The translations under genes were made by a program, and so were the position numbers. 64,000 nt of DNA from Planctomycetota bacterium (lineage in GTDB: Bacteria; Planctomycetota; UBA1135; UBA2386). The stretch is taken from positions 672,001 through 736,000 of the forward strand of contig OZ245006.1 of the NCBI GenBank assembly GCA_965223545.1, read 5' to 3'. The number at the start of each line of letters is the position of its first letter. Position 1 is the first letter of the stretch. Positions 9,801-20,627 of this stretch are shown here, piece after piece. The notes under the pieces were generated by a model that was given only the letters and a program-made list of their open reading frames with translations, searched no databases and was not told the origin of the DNA.

Positions 9801-9894
9801 GGCTCAAGAGGGCGCAGAGAACCGCGGCCGCGCCCCACCACCGGCGCGGCGCGGAGAACGGTCGGGCCGGCCTTGCAGGCAACATCACTGTCAT
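6886..9894 (-). CDS. Secreted TPR-repeat protein with central gluzincin (peptidase MA-like) domain
   Basis: Signal peptide ending LAAQ, many TPR-like helices, HEYAH followed by PRWLTEG. Start is 9894 or 9885. Confidence 0.75.
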   Translation of the reverse strand: MTVMLPARPARPFSAPRRWWGAAAVLCALLSPTPLAAQVEGGGDDPYWTDQLRAAERSALRGRLGEAVAGFEAIVYPDEEDAEEPAPQAVLWRAQLGLLDLQRIRGEYEAVLEGLAEMPAEAQALRGWRLLRGRVLHTVGRYDEAAAEWGALLEQRGEDVEVRHWLARTLEQSGDRAGAAEQWQRVVDDARRSDDAVVLTCAGRALMRRPDAESLVAASRLFVRAIEADPDRPDARIAFGWAHFLAYGEAAGLPSGEKALTTVLREHGEVEEALVALYRLRRANFQLDPAKTEDYLSRALSLNPKSVPALMERGILALRDRNFTLAAEIFDAALAVNPNHREVLSHRAATAHLLNEPGDEAALRERLLAIDAGYADTYRHLGDHLVALYRFEDAVPYYERALSEEPESVSALHGLAKALVYCARGDEALTHLRRAAQLQKGFVDPWRDNAIAVQELLQEQYRTVEADGLRLVLHYDDVEVLERYLVPVLAEARRELGAKYGHVEDQVVTAEVYHTWNDFSVRTIGFRGFHALGACFGRFMTLVSPVDDQLRRQDFMWTATAWHEYAHVLTLALSKHRVPRWLTEGCSVYEERQKDPSWERGMTRELFDAFHNNEIAPLRHLNRLFRGPRILFGYYQGGLIVEYLAEHHGFDAVLEMLRGYGEDRSTEELFDGIFGLQPEEFDRAFRAWVETTQLRGLDLVPRYSAASMDHLRERALRAPDDVAVQVALGHGYLQRGQLIDAAAALREALRADPEDGDALLLHAALLERRRAFDEAAARYVAGFAQGADDFDARVGYGRLLERSGDLEGALDQYQRAKACWPRCTDQQVAPNLLLARVLRALDRDEEAMMELKSFVRRTGRAFAPRLELAAMERKNGNRQEEIRLLREAVAIDPFMRELHVLLGEALLAAEQPREALGEFEMALAVRPHLDRAHVGKPPAEVPDPAAAVEREARARICVSAARAAHRIGEVDAALAWLQRALGESADGEAADSAARLLRSWNR

Positions 9895-9926
9895 GCTACT
9901 GCAGATACGGCCGCCGAGGGCGCGGG

Positions 9927-11275
<1,349 letters not shown>

Positions 11276-11279
<4 letters not shown>

Positions 11280-12034
11280 GCCCCGCCCCCCCGCTCCAAG
11301 GGCGCGGCGCCCCCGCTGCCGCGGGCCGCCGCCGCCGGCAGCCGGATCGAGAACTGCGTGCCCTTGCCGGGCTCGGAGCTCACGTCCAGCGTGCCGCCGT
11401 GCTCCTCGGTCGTGCGCCGCACCATTGCCAACCCCAAGCCCGTGCCGGTCTTCTTGGTGCTGAAGTAGGGCGTGAACGCGTCGCGCAGGACGTCGGCGGA
11501 CATGCCCGAGCCGGTGTCGGTGACCTGCAGCAGGGCGCCGTCGCTCTCGCGCCGCGACGACAGCAGCACCTCGTCCCCGGCGCTGCAGGCGTCCAGCGCG
11601 TTGCGCAGGAGGTTGACCACCGCGGCCTGCAGCTGCTCGGCGTCGGCGGCGAGCTCGGGCACACCACTGCCCGGAAAGAACTTGAGCACCACCCCGTGGC
11701 GCGCCATCTGCGGCGTCCACAGGTCGACCAGGCGCTGCAGGAGCTCGTTGATGCGGACCGCGGTGCGGCGCGGCGCAGGCGACCGCACGAAGCCCAAGAA
11801 CTCCTCCAGAATCGACTGCAGCCGCTGCACCTCCGACTGCACCACGCCGAGCCGCTTGACCGTGCGCCGATCTCGCGAGCCCTCGGCGTCGGCAAAGTCC
11901 TCGAGCACCAGCTGCAGATTGAGGCCGATGGTCGACAGCGGATTGCGAATCTCGTGGGCAAAGCCCGCGATCACCGAGCCGAGCTGCGCCAGGCGCTCGG
12001 TGCGCTGTTGGGCCTGAGGGTCGTCTTTGCTCAT
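11276..12034 (-). CDS. Histidine kinase consisting only of HisKA and HATPase domains
   Basis: AHEIRNPL H-box, NLLRNA N-box, DTGSG, FSTK..GTGLGL. No transmembrane or sensor domain. Confidence 0.9.
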
Positions 12035-12138
12035 GGGCGGGCCGACGGACTGCGGCGACCACGTGGTTGAAAACGCGGCAACCCTGCGCCGAACGACTGC
12101 GGGGAATGCGCGCGACCGGGCGGCGCGCCTGGCACAAT

Positions 12139-13215
12139 ATGCCGGTGCGCCGGATCAATGTGAAGGCACAAGCGGCGGATGCCGGGGCGGTCCGCGAGGT
12201 GGTGCGCGCGCTGCGCGGCGGCGCCCTGGTCGCGCTGCCAACCGAGACCGTCTACGGCATCGGCGCCGACGCCAGCCACACCGACGCGACCGCGCGGCTC
12301 GCCGCGCTCAAGGGCCGGGATGCCGCCCAGCCGGTCACCCTGCACCTGGCCAGCGGCGCCGCGCTCGAACAACACGCGGTCGCGCCGAAGGCCCGCGTGC
12401 GCGCCCTGCTCGACCGCTACTGGCCGGGACCGCTGACGGTCGTGCTGCCGCAGCCGACCGGCGGCACCGTCGGCCTGCGCGTGCCGGCGCACCCGTTCAC
12501 CAGCGCGGTGCTGGCCGAGTTCGACGGCGGTCTGTTGCTGACCAGTGCCAACCGCCACGGCGAGCCCCCAATGGCCGACGCCGACGCCATCGCGCGCGGC
12601 TTCCCGACGCTCGATCTCGTCTGCGACGCCGGCCCCCCGGCGCTGGGCCACGCCTCGGCCGTGGTGCGCGCCACCGGGCCGCTGCTCGAAGTTCTGCGCG
12701 AGGGCACGCTGTTGCGCGCGGAGCTGCTGCGCACCGCCGCGGTCGGCGTCCTGTTCGTCTGCACCGGCAACACCTGCCGCTCGCCCATGGCCGCGGCGGT
12801 GGCGGGCGCGGTGATGGCGGAGACCCTCGACGTCCAACCCGATCAACTGCTGGCGCGCGGCGTCGCCATCGCCAGCGCCGGCACCAGCGCCTGGCCCGGC
12901 GAGCCGGCCAGCGAGCACGCGGTGACGGTCTGCGCCGAGCTGGGCCTCGATCTGTCGGCGCATCGTTCGCAGCCGGTGACGCCGGAGCTGGTCGCCTCCT
13001 GGCAGCGGATCTACGCGCTGACCGACAGCCACCTCGAACGCCTGATCCGGCTCGCGCCCGCGGCCGCCGGCCGCGCCCAGCTGCTGGCGCAGGACGGCCG
13101 CAGCATCCCGGACCCGTTCGGCGCGGATCTCGAGACCTACCGGCGCACGCGCGACGCGATCGCGACCGCCGTGCGCAGCCGCGCCAGCGAGATCGCCGCC
13201 GCCGTCGACGCCTGA
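12139..13215 (+). CDS. tsaC: TsaC/Sua5 threonylcarbamoyl-AMP synthase fused to an LMW phosphatase (YwlE-like)
   Basis: PTETVYG, LKGR, WPGPLT, GLRVP, TSAN, then FVCTGNTCRSPMA, SAGT and IPDPFG. Start is ATG 12139 or GTG 12145. Confidence 0.88.
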   Translation: MPVRRINVKAQAADAGAVREVVRALRGGALVALPTETVYGIGADASHTDATARLAALKGRDAAQPVTLHLASGAALEQHAVAPKARVRALLDRYWPGPLTVVLPQPTGGTVGLRVPAHPFTSAVLAEFDGGLLLTSANRHGEPPMADADAIARGFPTLDLVCDAGPPALGHASAVVRATGPLLEVLREGTLLRAELLRTAAVGVLFVCTGNTCRSPMAAAVAGAVMAETLDVQPDQLLARGVAIASAGTSAWPGEPASEHAVTVCAELGLDLSAHRSQPVTPELVASWQRIYALTDSHLERLIRLAPAAAGRAQLLAQDGRSIPDPFGADLETYRRTRDAIATAVRSRASEIAAAVDA

Positions 13216-13310
13216 TCTCTCGGGGGGCAAGCGCGGTAGGGCATCGACAAGGCGAATGCCCAAGGCTGACGGTCCTGACAGTGCCGTCCTGGCGCCTGCG
13301 AAGGGCTGGT

Positions 13311-14381
13311 TTACGACGGGCGGGCGGGGTCTTGTGGATCGCGGCGGTCGCGGCGGCGCACCGAGGCGTGGATGCCCTCCATCCGGTGCAGCGAGCGCAG
13401 CACCCGCAGCCAGTTGCGCTTGGGCATCAGTGGATAGCCCATGTAGTCGCCGGCGACGCGCACACTTTGATAGACCACCGAGTTGCCACCGATGCGCACG
13501 TCGTCGGCGACCTCGATGTGCCCCGAGAACACCGTGTGCCCACCGACGGCGACGCGGTCGCCGAGCACGGTGCTCCCGGCGAACGCCGACATGCCGGCGA
13601 TCGCGACGTCGCGCCCCAGCCGACAGTTGTGGCCGATGTGCACCAAGTTGTCGATCTTGCTGCCGCGGCCGATCCGCGTCGGCCCCAGGGCGCCGCGGTC
13701 GATGGTCGAGTTGGCGCCGATCTCGACGTCGTCCTCGAGCACGACCGTGCCCATCTGCGGAAAGCGCAAGTAGCGGCCGTCGGCCTCGCGCGCGTAGCCA
13801 AAGCCGTCGGCGCCGATGATCGCGCCGGCGTGCACGATGACGCGGTCACCGAGGCGGACCCCCGGATAGAGCACGACGTTGGGGTGCACGACGCAATCGG
13901 CGCCGAGGCGACACCCCGCGCCGACCACCGCCCCCTCGGCGATGATCGTGCCGGCGCCCACGTCGACGTCGTCGTTGATCACCGCGCGGGCGGCGACCCG
14001 CACCGGCGGGCACAGCCGGGCAGTGTCGGCGACCACCGCGCTGGCGTGCACCTCGTGCTCCTCGGCGCGCGGCGCGGGGTGAAACCGCTGTGCCACGCGG
14101 GCAAAGGCGGCGTAGACATCGTCGACGACGATCTGCGCCGCCGGCGCCTCGATGGCCCGGTGGACGAGGATCGCCGCCGCGCGCGACGTGCGCGCCTGCT
14201 CCTCGAGCCGGGCGTTGTTGAGAAAGCCCAGATCGTCGGCGCCGGCCAGCCGCAGATCGTTGACGCCGCGGATCACCCGCGCCGGATCGCCGACCACTTC
14301 GCCGCCGACGAGGGCGGCGATCGAGCCCACGGTCTCCGGCGGCTGCCGGCTTTCGGGCCGGGACGGGATCTCTGGCGTCAT
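13311..14381 (-). CDS. lpxD: UDP-3-O-(3-hydroxyacyl)glucosamine N-acyltransferase
   Basis: Hexapeptide repeats, GADGFGY, EIGANSTIDRG, KIDNLVHIGHN. Confidence 0.93.
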   Translation of the reverse strand: MTPEIPSRPESRQPPETVGSIAALVGGEVVGDPARVIRGVNDLRLAGADDLGFLNNARLEEQARTSRAAAILVHRAIEAPAAQIVVDDVYAAFARVAQRFHPAPRAEEHEVHASAVVADTARLCPPVRVAARAVINDDVDVGAGTIIAEGAVVGAGCRLGADCVVHPNVVLYPGVRLGDRVIVHAGAIIGADGFGYAREADGRYLRFPQMGTVVLEDDVEIGANSTIDRGALGPTRIGRGSKIDNLVHIGHNCRLGRDVAIAGMSAFAGSTVLGDRVAVGGHTVFSGHIEVADDVRIGGNSVVYQSVRVAGDYMGYPLMPKRNWLRVLRSLHRMEGIHASVRRRDRRDPQDPARPS

Positions 14382-17300
14382 GGCTTCGGATTATGCAACC
14401 GGCGCAGGCGGTCCGCCGCAGCGCGCCGCCGACTTTCGTCCCACTCGGGGTCGTAGGCCGGCTCGTCGCCGAAGGTCTGCAGCAAGCTCGCCGCCGCCGC
14501 GCGCCGCACCGCGAGCACTTCGTCGAGCAACAGCGCGGCCAGCGCCGCGGCGCTGGCCGGATCGCGGTGCCCGGCGATGGCCTCCGCCAGCGCGACGCGC
14601 TGCGGCGGGTCTGCCGCCGCCGCGGCCCAAGCGGGTGGCAGCGGCAGGTCGTCTCGCCACAGCGGAAAGCCCTCCACCACGCGGTCGCCGCCGCGCGCCT
14701 CGATCGCCGCCGCCGCCTCCGCCAGCAGCAGCGGATCCAGGGTCACCAGCAGCGCATCCCGCTCCACCACCGTCAACGGCCGGCGCGCCAGCACGGCCAA
14801 CAGCGCGCGGCCCGCGCGCACCGGAAACACCGCGCGCAGCACCCAGCCGTCGACCGTCGGCGCGGCGACCCGCTCCGCCAGGGCCGCCGCCGGAGGCAGC
14901 CGGTCGAGGTCCTCGAGGGGGTTGGCCGCCGCCGCCTCGGGACGCAGATCGGCGAGCAGCGGCACCGTGTCGAAGACCATGGGGTCGAGCGCCTGCGCCG
15001 CGCCCAGCGCCAGGGCGCGCGCGGCCGGGCCCAGGCTGCGACCAAAGCCGTCGGGCAGCGCCAGGCAGGCCACCAGAGTGGCCGAGCGGGGATCGCGTCG
15101 CAGGTGGGCCATCGCCTGGGCGCGGGCGTCGTGCGGCCGGCCGAGCTGCACCGAGAGCTCGCGCTGCGCGCGCAGGGCCGCGGTCTCCTCGCGGTGCAGC
15201 AGGACGCTGGCCGGCCATTGGCGCCGGGCCGCGGCGAGCTCCTCCACCGCGCGCCGCGCCGCCTGCCGCGCGCCGTCGAGATCTCCGCGGGCGAGCTCGA
15301 CGGCGATCTGCGCCGCCGCGGCGCGCCCGCGCAGCCGCCGCACCTGCTTAGGAGCGGCGCCCGCCACTTCGATCAGCCGCCGCAGGTTGTCGCCGAAGAA
15401 CGACAATCGCTCGACCCCGCTCCAGTGCGCGAGCCGCTCGAGGAACGGCCGGTCGTCGGTCAAGGTCGGCGCCGCCGCGCACGCCGGCAGCGGACTGCCG
15501 CCGACCCGGGCGGCGCGCAGGTCGGCGACGCTGGCGAGCCCGGTCTCGTGTAGGTGGCGCACGAGCTCGGGCGAGGCCGCCGCCAACCGCGCGCGGCCGA
15601 CGATCTCGGCATCGACGTCGAGCGGCGCCTGGCTTCCCACCAGCAGGGTCGACTGGTCGACCAACCACACCGACACGTGCGGCACGGACCGCGCGAACGT
15701 CGCCAGCAGGGTGTCGAACGCGGCCCGGGGCATGGCGTGCGTCGGCACCCACTGCACCAGCAGACCTTCGGCACGCAGCGCCGCGGTGGCGAGCGCGTAG
15801 AACTCGTCGCTGTACAACGCAGTGGTGCCGGGCGCGTAGGGCAGCAGCGGCTCGAGGGTGACCAGGTCCAGCGAGCGCGGCGCGCGGCTCGCCAGGTAGC
15901 GCCGGCCGTCGTCGATGTGCACGACGACGCGCGGATCGGCGGCAAACCGGGGCTGCCGCCGCGCGGCCATCACCGGGCCGTCGGCGCCGAAGTGGCCCGC
16001 GAGGGAGAACACCGCCGGCGAGATCTCGACCACGTCGATGTGTGCGGGCTCGGGCCACTGGGTCAGCGCATCGGCGGTGGTACCGGTGCCGAGCGCGATC
16101 ACCGCGACGTCGCGCAGGCCATCGCGCAGCAGGAAGGGCAAGTGGCCCAGGGCCTTCATGTAGTCGGTTCCCGGCCCCGTCTCGGCAGCGCGGAAGCCGT
16201 CGGTGAACAGCAGCATGCTGTGGTTGCGGCGGTCGTAGACCACCGACGCGGTGCCGTACGCATCGGTCCGGTGCGCCAGGTGCCGGTACCACTCGGGGTG
16301 GTCGTGGCGCGCCCCCGCCATCGGCGCACCCGGCGCCCACGGCTTGCCCGCCGCGCCGAAGCCGAGCACGGCGGCGGCCACCACCGCCGCCACCGGCAGC
16401 AGCAGCCGGCGCGGGCGGCGCAGCAGCGGCAGCAGGGCGAGCGCTGCCAGCACCGGCGGGGCGACGGCAAAGAAGCGGTCGGCGGCGAGCAGCGGCAGGC
16501 CGCGGCCGACGAGCAGAGCGCCGAGCAGCGCGCCGATCCCCTGGGCGAACAACAACCGGCCGGCGCGGCGCGCGCGCCGCGCCGGCTCGACCTCGCGGCC
16601 GACCAGCAGCGGCACGACCGCACCGGCGCAGAAGCACGGCAGCAGCGCCCCCGACAGCGCCCCGACCGCGGCGCGCAGATGCATGGTGGCGGTGCTCGTC
16701 GCCGGCAACCGCGCCAGCCACGGACCGAGGTGCTCGTGAAGCCCGAGCCCGGCGCTGACCGCCCCGACCGCCAGCGCGACCGCCGGAGCGCGCCGCCCGC
16801 ACAGGGCGGCGAGCACGGGAGCGCCCAAGAAGGCGCCCAACGCCATCGCCAGCAGGCACACCGCCACCACCGCCGAGAGGGTGGGCTGGAAGCCCTCGAA
16901 CCAGAACGGCAGCCGCCGCAGCAACAGCACTTCCACGCCCAGCACCAGCGCACCCGACGCCAACGCCGCGCCGACGCCACGCCAACCGGGGCCGGCGAGC
17001 CCCGCTGCGGCCACCGACACCGGCGCGGCGGGCGCCGCTGACGGCGGGCGCCGCTGGACCAGCAACACCGCCGCGCCGCCGTAGCACGCGGCCGCCAGCC
17101 ACCCCGTCCGCGCCAGCCCGAGCGACGGCACCAGGAGGTTGCCGCCGGCCCATGCGCCGGCCACCGAGCCGGCAGTGTTGACCCCCACCAGCCATCCCGC
17201 CCGCCAGGTCCCGGGCCGCATCAGGGCAAACAACAGGGGGAACGCGGCCCCCATCGCCACTGCTGGCAACCCCGGTGCCAGGGCGGCGAGGCCGGCACCG

Positions 17301-17587
17301 GCGCCGAACGACACGCTGCCCAGGCGCGCCAGCACCGGCTCGGCCACCACAGCCGACAGCCCCACCGCGGCGTACAGCGCCGCGGCGCGGCGGCCGGCGC
17401 GTTCCGGCCGTGCCGCGAGGCGCAGCGCGAGCAGGCCGCCCGCTCCCAACCCCAGCATGAACCAGGACATCACGACGGCGGCCGCATCCGCGGTGCCACC
17501 CATCAGCAGCGCGTAGCGCCGCACCAGCGCGAGCTGCAACAGCAGACCGCCGATTCCGGTGAGCAGCGCCGCCAGCGAGGTCGTCAT
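14378..17587 (-). CDS. Multi-TM membrane protein fused to a spermidine-synthase-like SAM-binding domain, with C-terminal helical/HEAT-like region
   Basis: Many hydrophobic helices in the N-terminal ~420 aa, then VAVIALGTGTT, VVEISPAV, DDGRRYL, DLVTLEP, YSDEFY, LVQWVP. Confidence 0.75.
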   Translation of the reverse strand: MTTSLAALLTGIGGLLLQLALVRRYALLMGGTADAAAVVMSWFMLGLGAGGLLALRLAARPERAGRRAAALYAAVGLSAVVAEPVLARLGSVSFGAGAGLAALAPGLPAVAMGAAFPLLFALMRPGTWRAGWLVGVNTAGSVAGAWAGGNLLVPSLGLARTGWLAAACYGGAAVLLVQRRPPSAAPAAPVSVAAAGLAGPGWRGVGAALASGALVLGVEVLLLRRLPFWFEGFQPTLSAVVAVCLLAMALGAFLGAPVLAALCGRRAPAVALAVGAVSAGLGLHEHLGPWLARLPATSTATMHLRAAVGALSGALLPCFCAGAVVPLLVGREVEPARRARRAGRLLFAQGIGALLGALLVGRGLPLLAADRFFAVAPPVLAALALLPLLRRPRRLLLPVAAVVAAAVLGFGAAGKPWAPGAPMAGARHDHPEWYRHLAHRTDAYGTASVVYDRRNHSMLLFTDGFRAAETGPGTDYMKALGHLPFLLRDGLRDVAVIALGTGTTADALTQWPEPAHIDVVEISPAVFSLAGHFGADGPVMAARRQPRFAADPRVVVHIDDGRRYLASRAPRSLDLVTLEPLLPYAPGTTALYSDEFYALATAALRAEGLLVQWVPTHAMPRAAFDTLLATFARSVPHVSVWLVDQSTLLVGSQAPLDVDAEIVGRARLAAASPELVRHLHETGLASVADLRAARVGGSPLPACAAAPTLTDDRPFLERLAHWSGVERLSFFGDNLRRLIEVAGAAPKQVRRLRGRAAAAQIAVELARGDLDGARQAARRAVEELAAARRQWPASVLLHREETAALRAQRELSVQLGRPHDARAQAMAHLRRDPRSATLVACLALPDGFGRSLGPAARALALGAAQALDPMVFDTVPLLADLRPEAAAANPLEDLDRLPPAAALAERVAAPTVDGWVLRAVFPVRAGRALLAVLARRPLTVVERDALLVTLDPLLLAEAAAAIEARGGDRVVEGFPLWRDDLPLPPAWAAAAADPPQRVALAEAIAGHRDPASAAALAALLLDEVLAVRRAAAASLLQTFGDEPAYDPEWDESRRRAAADRLRRLHNPKP

Positions 17588-17617
17588 GCGACTCTGGAGT
17601 CTGCGCGCCGCGCGGCG

Positions 17618-18079
17618 TCAGCCGCCGAATTCGCGCACCACGGTGATCACCTCGTCCGGCGTCCGGCTGCGCAGCAGATGCTCGCGCACCTCGCCGCGGC
17701 CGAGCAGTTTGGCGATCTCGGCCAGCGTCTTGATGTGCAGCAGCTTCTTGGCCCGCGGGATGACCAGACAGACCAGCAGCCGCGCCGGCTCGCCGTCCAG
17801 GGCCTCGAAGGGGATGCCCGCCACGGAGACGCCGAGCACCGCGATCACCTCGTCCGGCCCGTCCACCGCCGCGTGCGGGATGGCGATGCCGCACTCCATT
17901 CCGGTGGTCATGCTGCGCTCGCGCGCCAGCAAGGCGGCGTCGACCGCCGGCAGCTGCTCGGGCGCGAGACGGCCCGCCGTGGCGGCGGCCCGCGCCATCA
18001 TCGAGATCGCCTGCCACTTGTCGCTCGCCTCGAACGGCACCAACACCAGTTCGGGGGCGATGAGTTCGGACAGCTTCAT
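17618..18079 (-). CDS. PTS EIIA (Ntr/Fru-type) domain protein
   Basis: LARERSMTTG..GIAIPHA with the conserved phospho-His, FEALDGEP, HIKTLAEIA. Start at ATG 18079. Confidence 0.88.
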   Translation of the reverse strand: MKLSELIAPELVLVPFEASDKWQAISMMARAAATAGRLAPEQLPAVDAALLARERSMTTGMECGIAIPHAAVDGPDEVIAVLGVSVAGIPFEALDGEPARLLVCLVIPRAKKLLHIKTLAEIAKLLGRGEVREHLLRSRTPDEVITVVREFGG

Positions 18080-18313
18080 GCCAACGCGACGATCCCTGAG
18101 CTCAGACGCCACCCCGCGCCTGGGCAGTCGATTTCGGGCAAGGGGGTTAGGTAACCCCGGGCGCGGCGGCGGTGCAAGGCGGGGCGGGCAATTCCGCGAT
18201 TTGATTCCGCCGCGTCAGGAAATAAAAACCCTGCGCACCGAGTCTCAGCGCGCCGAACCGACGTCCGTCGGATCCGTCGACCGCGACGCCCTTCCCGACT
18301 CCTGGACCAAAGC

Positions 18314-20599
18314 ATGCCACACCGCGACTCTCCGACGCTGCCCTCGCTCCCCGCGCGCTCGACGAAGGGGGGCAGCGGCTGGCGGCGCCTGCGCGCAACC
18401 GCCCTTGCCACCGGTCTGTCGCTCGCGGCGCTGGGCTCGCCGCTCACCGCGCAGGAGGGCCGCAACTACAACGTCGAGATCGACGGCGACTACATGACGA
18501 TCACGATCAACGAGGTCGAGGGCATCTCGGTGATCGAGTTCATCAAGCTGGCGCAGACGCTCACGCAGAAGACGTTCACCTACTCCGAGAGCGACATCAG
18601 CAACAGCCCGGACACCAAGATCACGTTCGTCGGGCCCAAGCGCATCCTGCTGGACAACTTCTTCCCGTTCTTCCAGACGATGCTCTACATCAAGGGCTTC
18701 GCCACCCTGGTGCGCGGCGACGACGACACCGAGGTGATCGAGGTGGTGGCGATGTCGGGCCCCAAGCGCACCGAGCTGAACAGCAGTGCGCGCTACGTGG
18801 CGCCGGACGAGATCGCCGAGTACGCCAACCACACCGGCGTGCCGATCCTCACCCTGGTGCCGCTGGAGTTCATCGACGCCAACGCCGCCACCAACCAGCT
18901 GCGGCCGTTCTTCCTCGGTCAGGGCGGCCAATCGCCGCTGACCCTCGGCGCGGCCGCCCGCGCCCTGCTGCTGCAGGGCTTCGGCCCGCAGGTCAACGCC
19001 GCCTACCAAGTGCTGCGGCTGGTCGACAAGGAGCCCGAGGGCCCCGAGCAGGAGATCCGCGTCGTGCGCCTCGACCATGCCACCGCCGAGGAGCTCGAGC
19101 CGATGCTGACGGAGGTGCTCGAGGCGCGGCAAAAGGCCGAGACCGCGCAGCAGCAAGTCGGCGCCAGCGGCGCCGGGCTGCAGGCGCGGGCGCCGTCCGA
19201 GATCAAGATCGTGCCGCACATGTCGCTCAACGCGCTCTTGCTGTCGGGCACGCACGAGCAGATCGTCGAGGCGCAGGACCTGATCGCCCGGCTCGACATC
19301 CCGTACGAAGCGGTCGACGGCGACACCCACGTCATCACCCTGCGCAACGTGCTGGCAGAAGATCTGCGCGCCACCCTCAACCAGTTCATCGGCGACGATC
19401 TGCAGGCCGAGCGCACCGCCAACGCGGGCCAGGCCGGCACCACCGCGCGGCAGCCGCGGCGCACGGTCGTGGTGCCGCACAAGGAGAGCAACAGCCTCTT
19501 GATCAGCGGCACGGCCAGCAAGTACCGCCAGCTGGCGCGGGTGATCGACGAGCTCGACCGGCGCCAGCCGCAGGTGCTGATCGAGTGCGCGGTGATCGAG
19601 CTGACCTCGTCCGAGTCGATGCGGCTGGGTATCGAGCTGGGCCTGGTCGACCTGGCCAGCAGCGGCGACTTCAACCGGCCGTTCGGCTTCACCAGCTACG
19701 GCCTGACCTCGTTCGAGGACACCGACGGCGACAGCTTCCCCGACACCCGGCTGCCCGACTTCAACTCGCCGCTGCAGGGACTCACCGGCGGCATCCTGTC
19801 CAGCGACGACTTCGCCCTGCCGGTCGCGGTCAACACCCTGGCGGCATCGTCGGGCGCCAACGTGCTGAGCTTGCCGAGCGTGGTGGTGAACAACAACTTC
19901 GAGGCCACCGTGCGCAACAGCGAGTCGCGCCCGACCCAGCAGATCAGCCAGGGCAACGCGACGACCACCTCGGGCGCCGGCTCCAACGAGGACGCGGGCA
20001 TCGTCCTGCGCATCTCGCCCTCGATCTCGTCGAGCAACTACCTGCGCATCCAGGTCAACCTGACGGTGAGCCGCTTCTTGACGCCGTTCGACCCCAACGC
20101 GGTCACCGCCGGCGTCAAGGCCGAGCGCGAGATCAACACCCTGGTCACCATGCCCAGCGGCCACACCATGGTGCTGGGCGGGGTGATCGAGGACCAGCAG
20201 GACACGACATCGAGCGGCATCCCGATCCTCAAGGACATCCCGATCCTCGGCTGGCTGTTCTCGAGCTGGAGCAAGAGCGAGGCGAAGACCAACCTCTACT
20301 TCTTCCTGACGCCCTACATCCTGCGCGAGGAGGATTTCTCCGACCTCGCCGAGCAGAGCTTCCGCAAGAAGCTCGAGGCGGCCAGCTACATCGGCAGCCG
20401 GCGCATCCAGCTGATCGACCGCCGCTGGCGCGACGGCGAGCCGCAGACGCTCGACGACCCCGGTGCGACGATCGAGGACCTCGACGAGCGCGGCGGCTTC
20501 GACATCCCGGTGTATCAGCGGCCGACCACCGGGCCCGAGGGCCCGGGCTTGCCCGAAGAACCGGCCAGCGGGACCATAGAACTCGGCAACGGCCGCTGA
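18314..20599 (+). CDS. gspD: Type II secretion secretin
   Basis: Signal peptide, N-domain repeats (NALLLSG, NSLLISG), LDRRQPQVLIECAVIE, GIPILKDIPILGWLF, LYFFLTP. Confidence 0.92.
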   Translation: MPHRDSPTLPSLPARSTKGGSGWRRLRATALATGLSLAALGSPLTAQEGRNYNVEIDGDYMTITINEVEGISVIEFIKLAQTLTQKTFTYSESDISNSPDTKITFVGPKRILLDNFFPFFQTMLYIKGFATLVRGDDDTEVIEVVAMSGPKRTELNSSARYVAPDEIAEYANHTGVPILTLVPLEFIDANAATNQLRPFFLGQGGQSPLTLGAAARALLLQGFGPQVNAAYQVLRLVDKEPEGPEQEIRVVRLDHATAEELEPMLTEVLEARQKAETAQQQVGASGAGLQARAPSEIKIVPHMSLNALLLSGTHEQIVEAQDLIARLDIPYEAVDGDTHVITLRNVLAEDLRATLNQFIGDDLQAERTANAGQAGTTARQPRRTVVVPHKESNSLLISGTASKYRQLARVIDELDRRQPQVLIECAVIELTSSESMRLGIELGLVDLASSGDFNRPFGFTSYGLTSFEDTDGDSFPDTRLPDFNSPLQGLTGGILSSDDFALPVAVNTLAASSGANVLSLPSVVVNNNFEATVRNSESRPTQQISQGNATTTSGAGSNEDAGIVLRISPSISSSNYLRIQVNLTVSRFLTPFDPNAVTAGVKAEREINTLVTMPSGHTMVLGGVIEDQQDTTSSGIPILKDIPILGWLFSSWSKSEAKTNLYFFLTPYILREEDFSDLAEQSFRKKLEAASYIGSRRIQLIDRRWRDGEPQTLDDPGATIEDLDERGGFDIPVYQRPTTGPEGPGLPEEPASGTIELGNGR

Positions 20600-20627
20600 C
20601 CAAAGCCGCCTCCGCCTCCCCCAAGCG

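Noticed and set aside
12130..12142. TGGCACAATATGC as a sigma54 promoter next to the sigma54 activator locus
   Set aside because: GG-to-GC spacing is 8 nt instead of the required 10, and the GC lies inside the tsaC start region.
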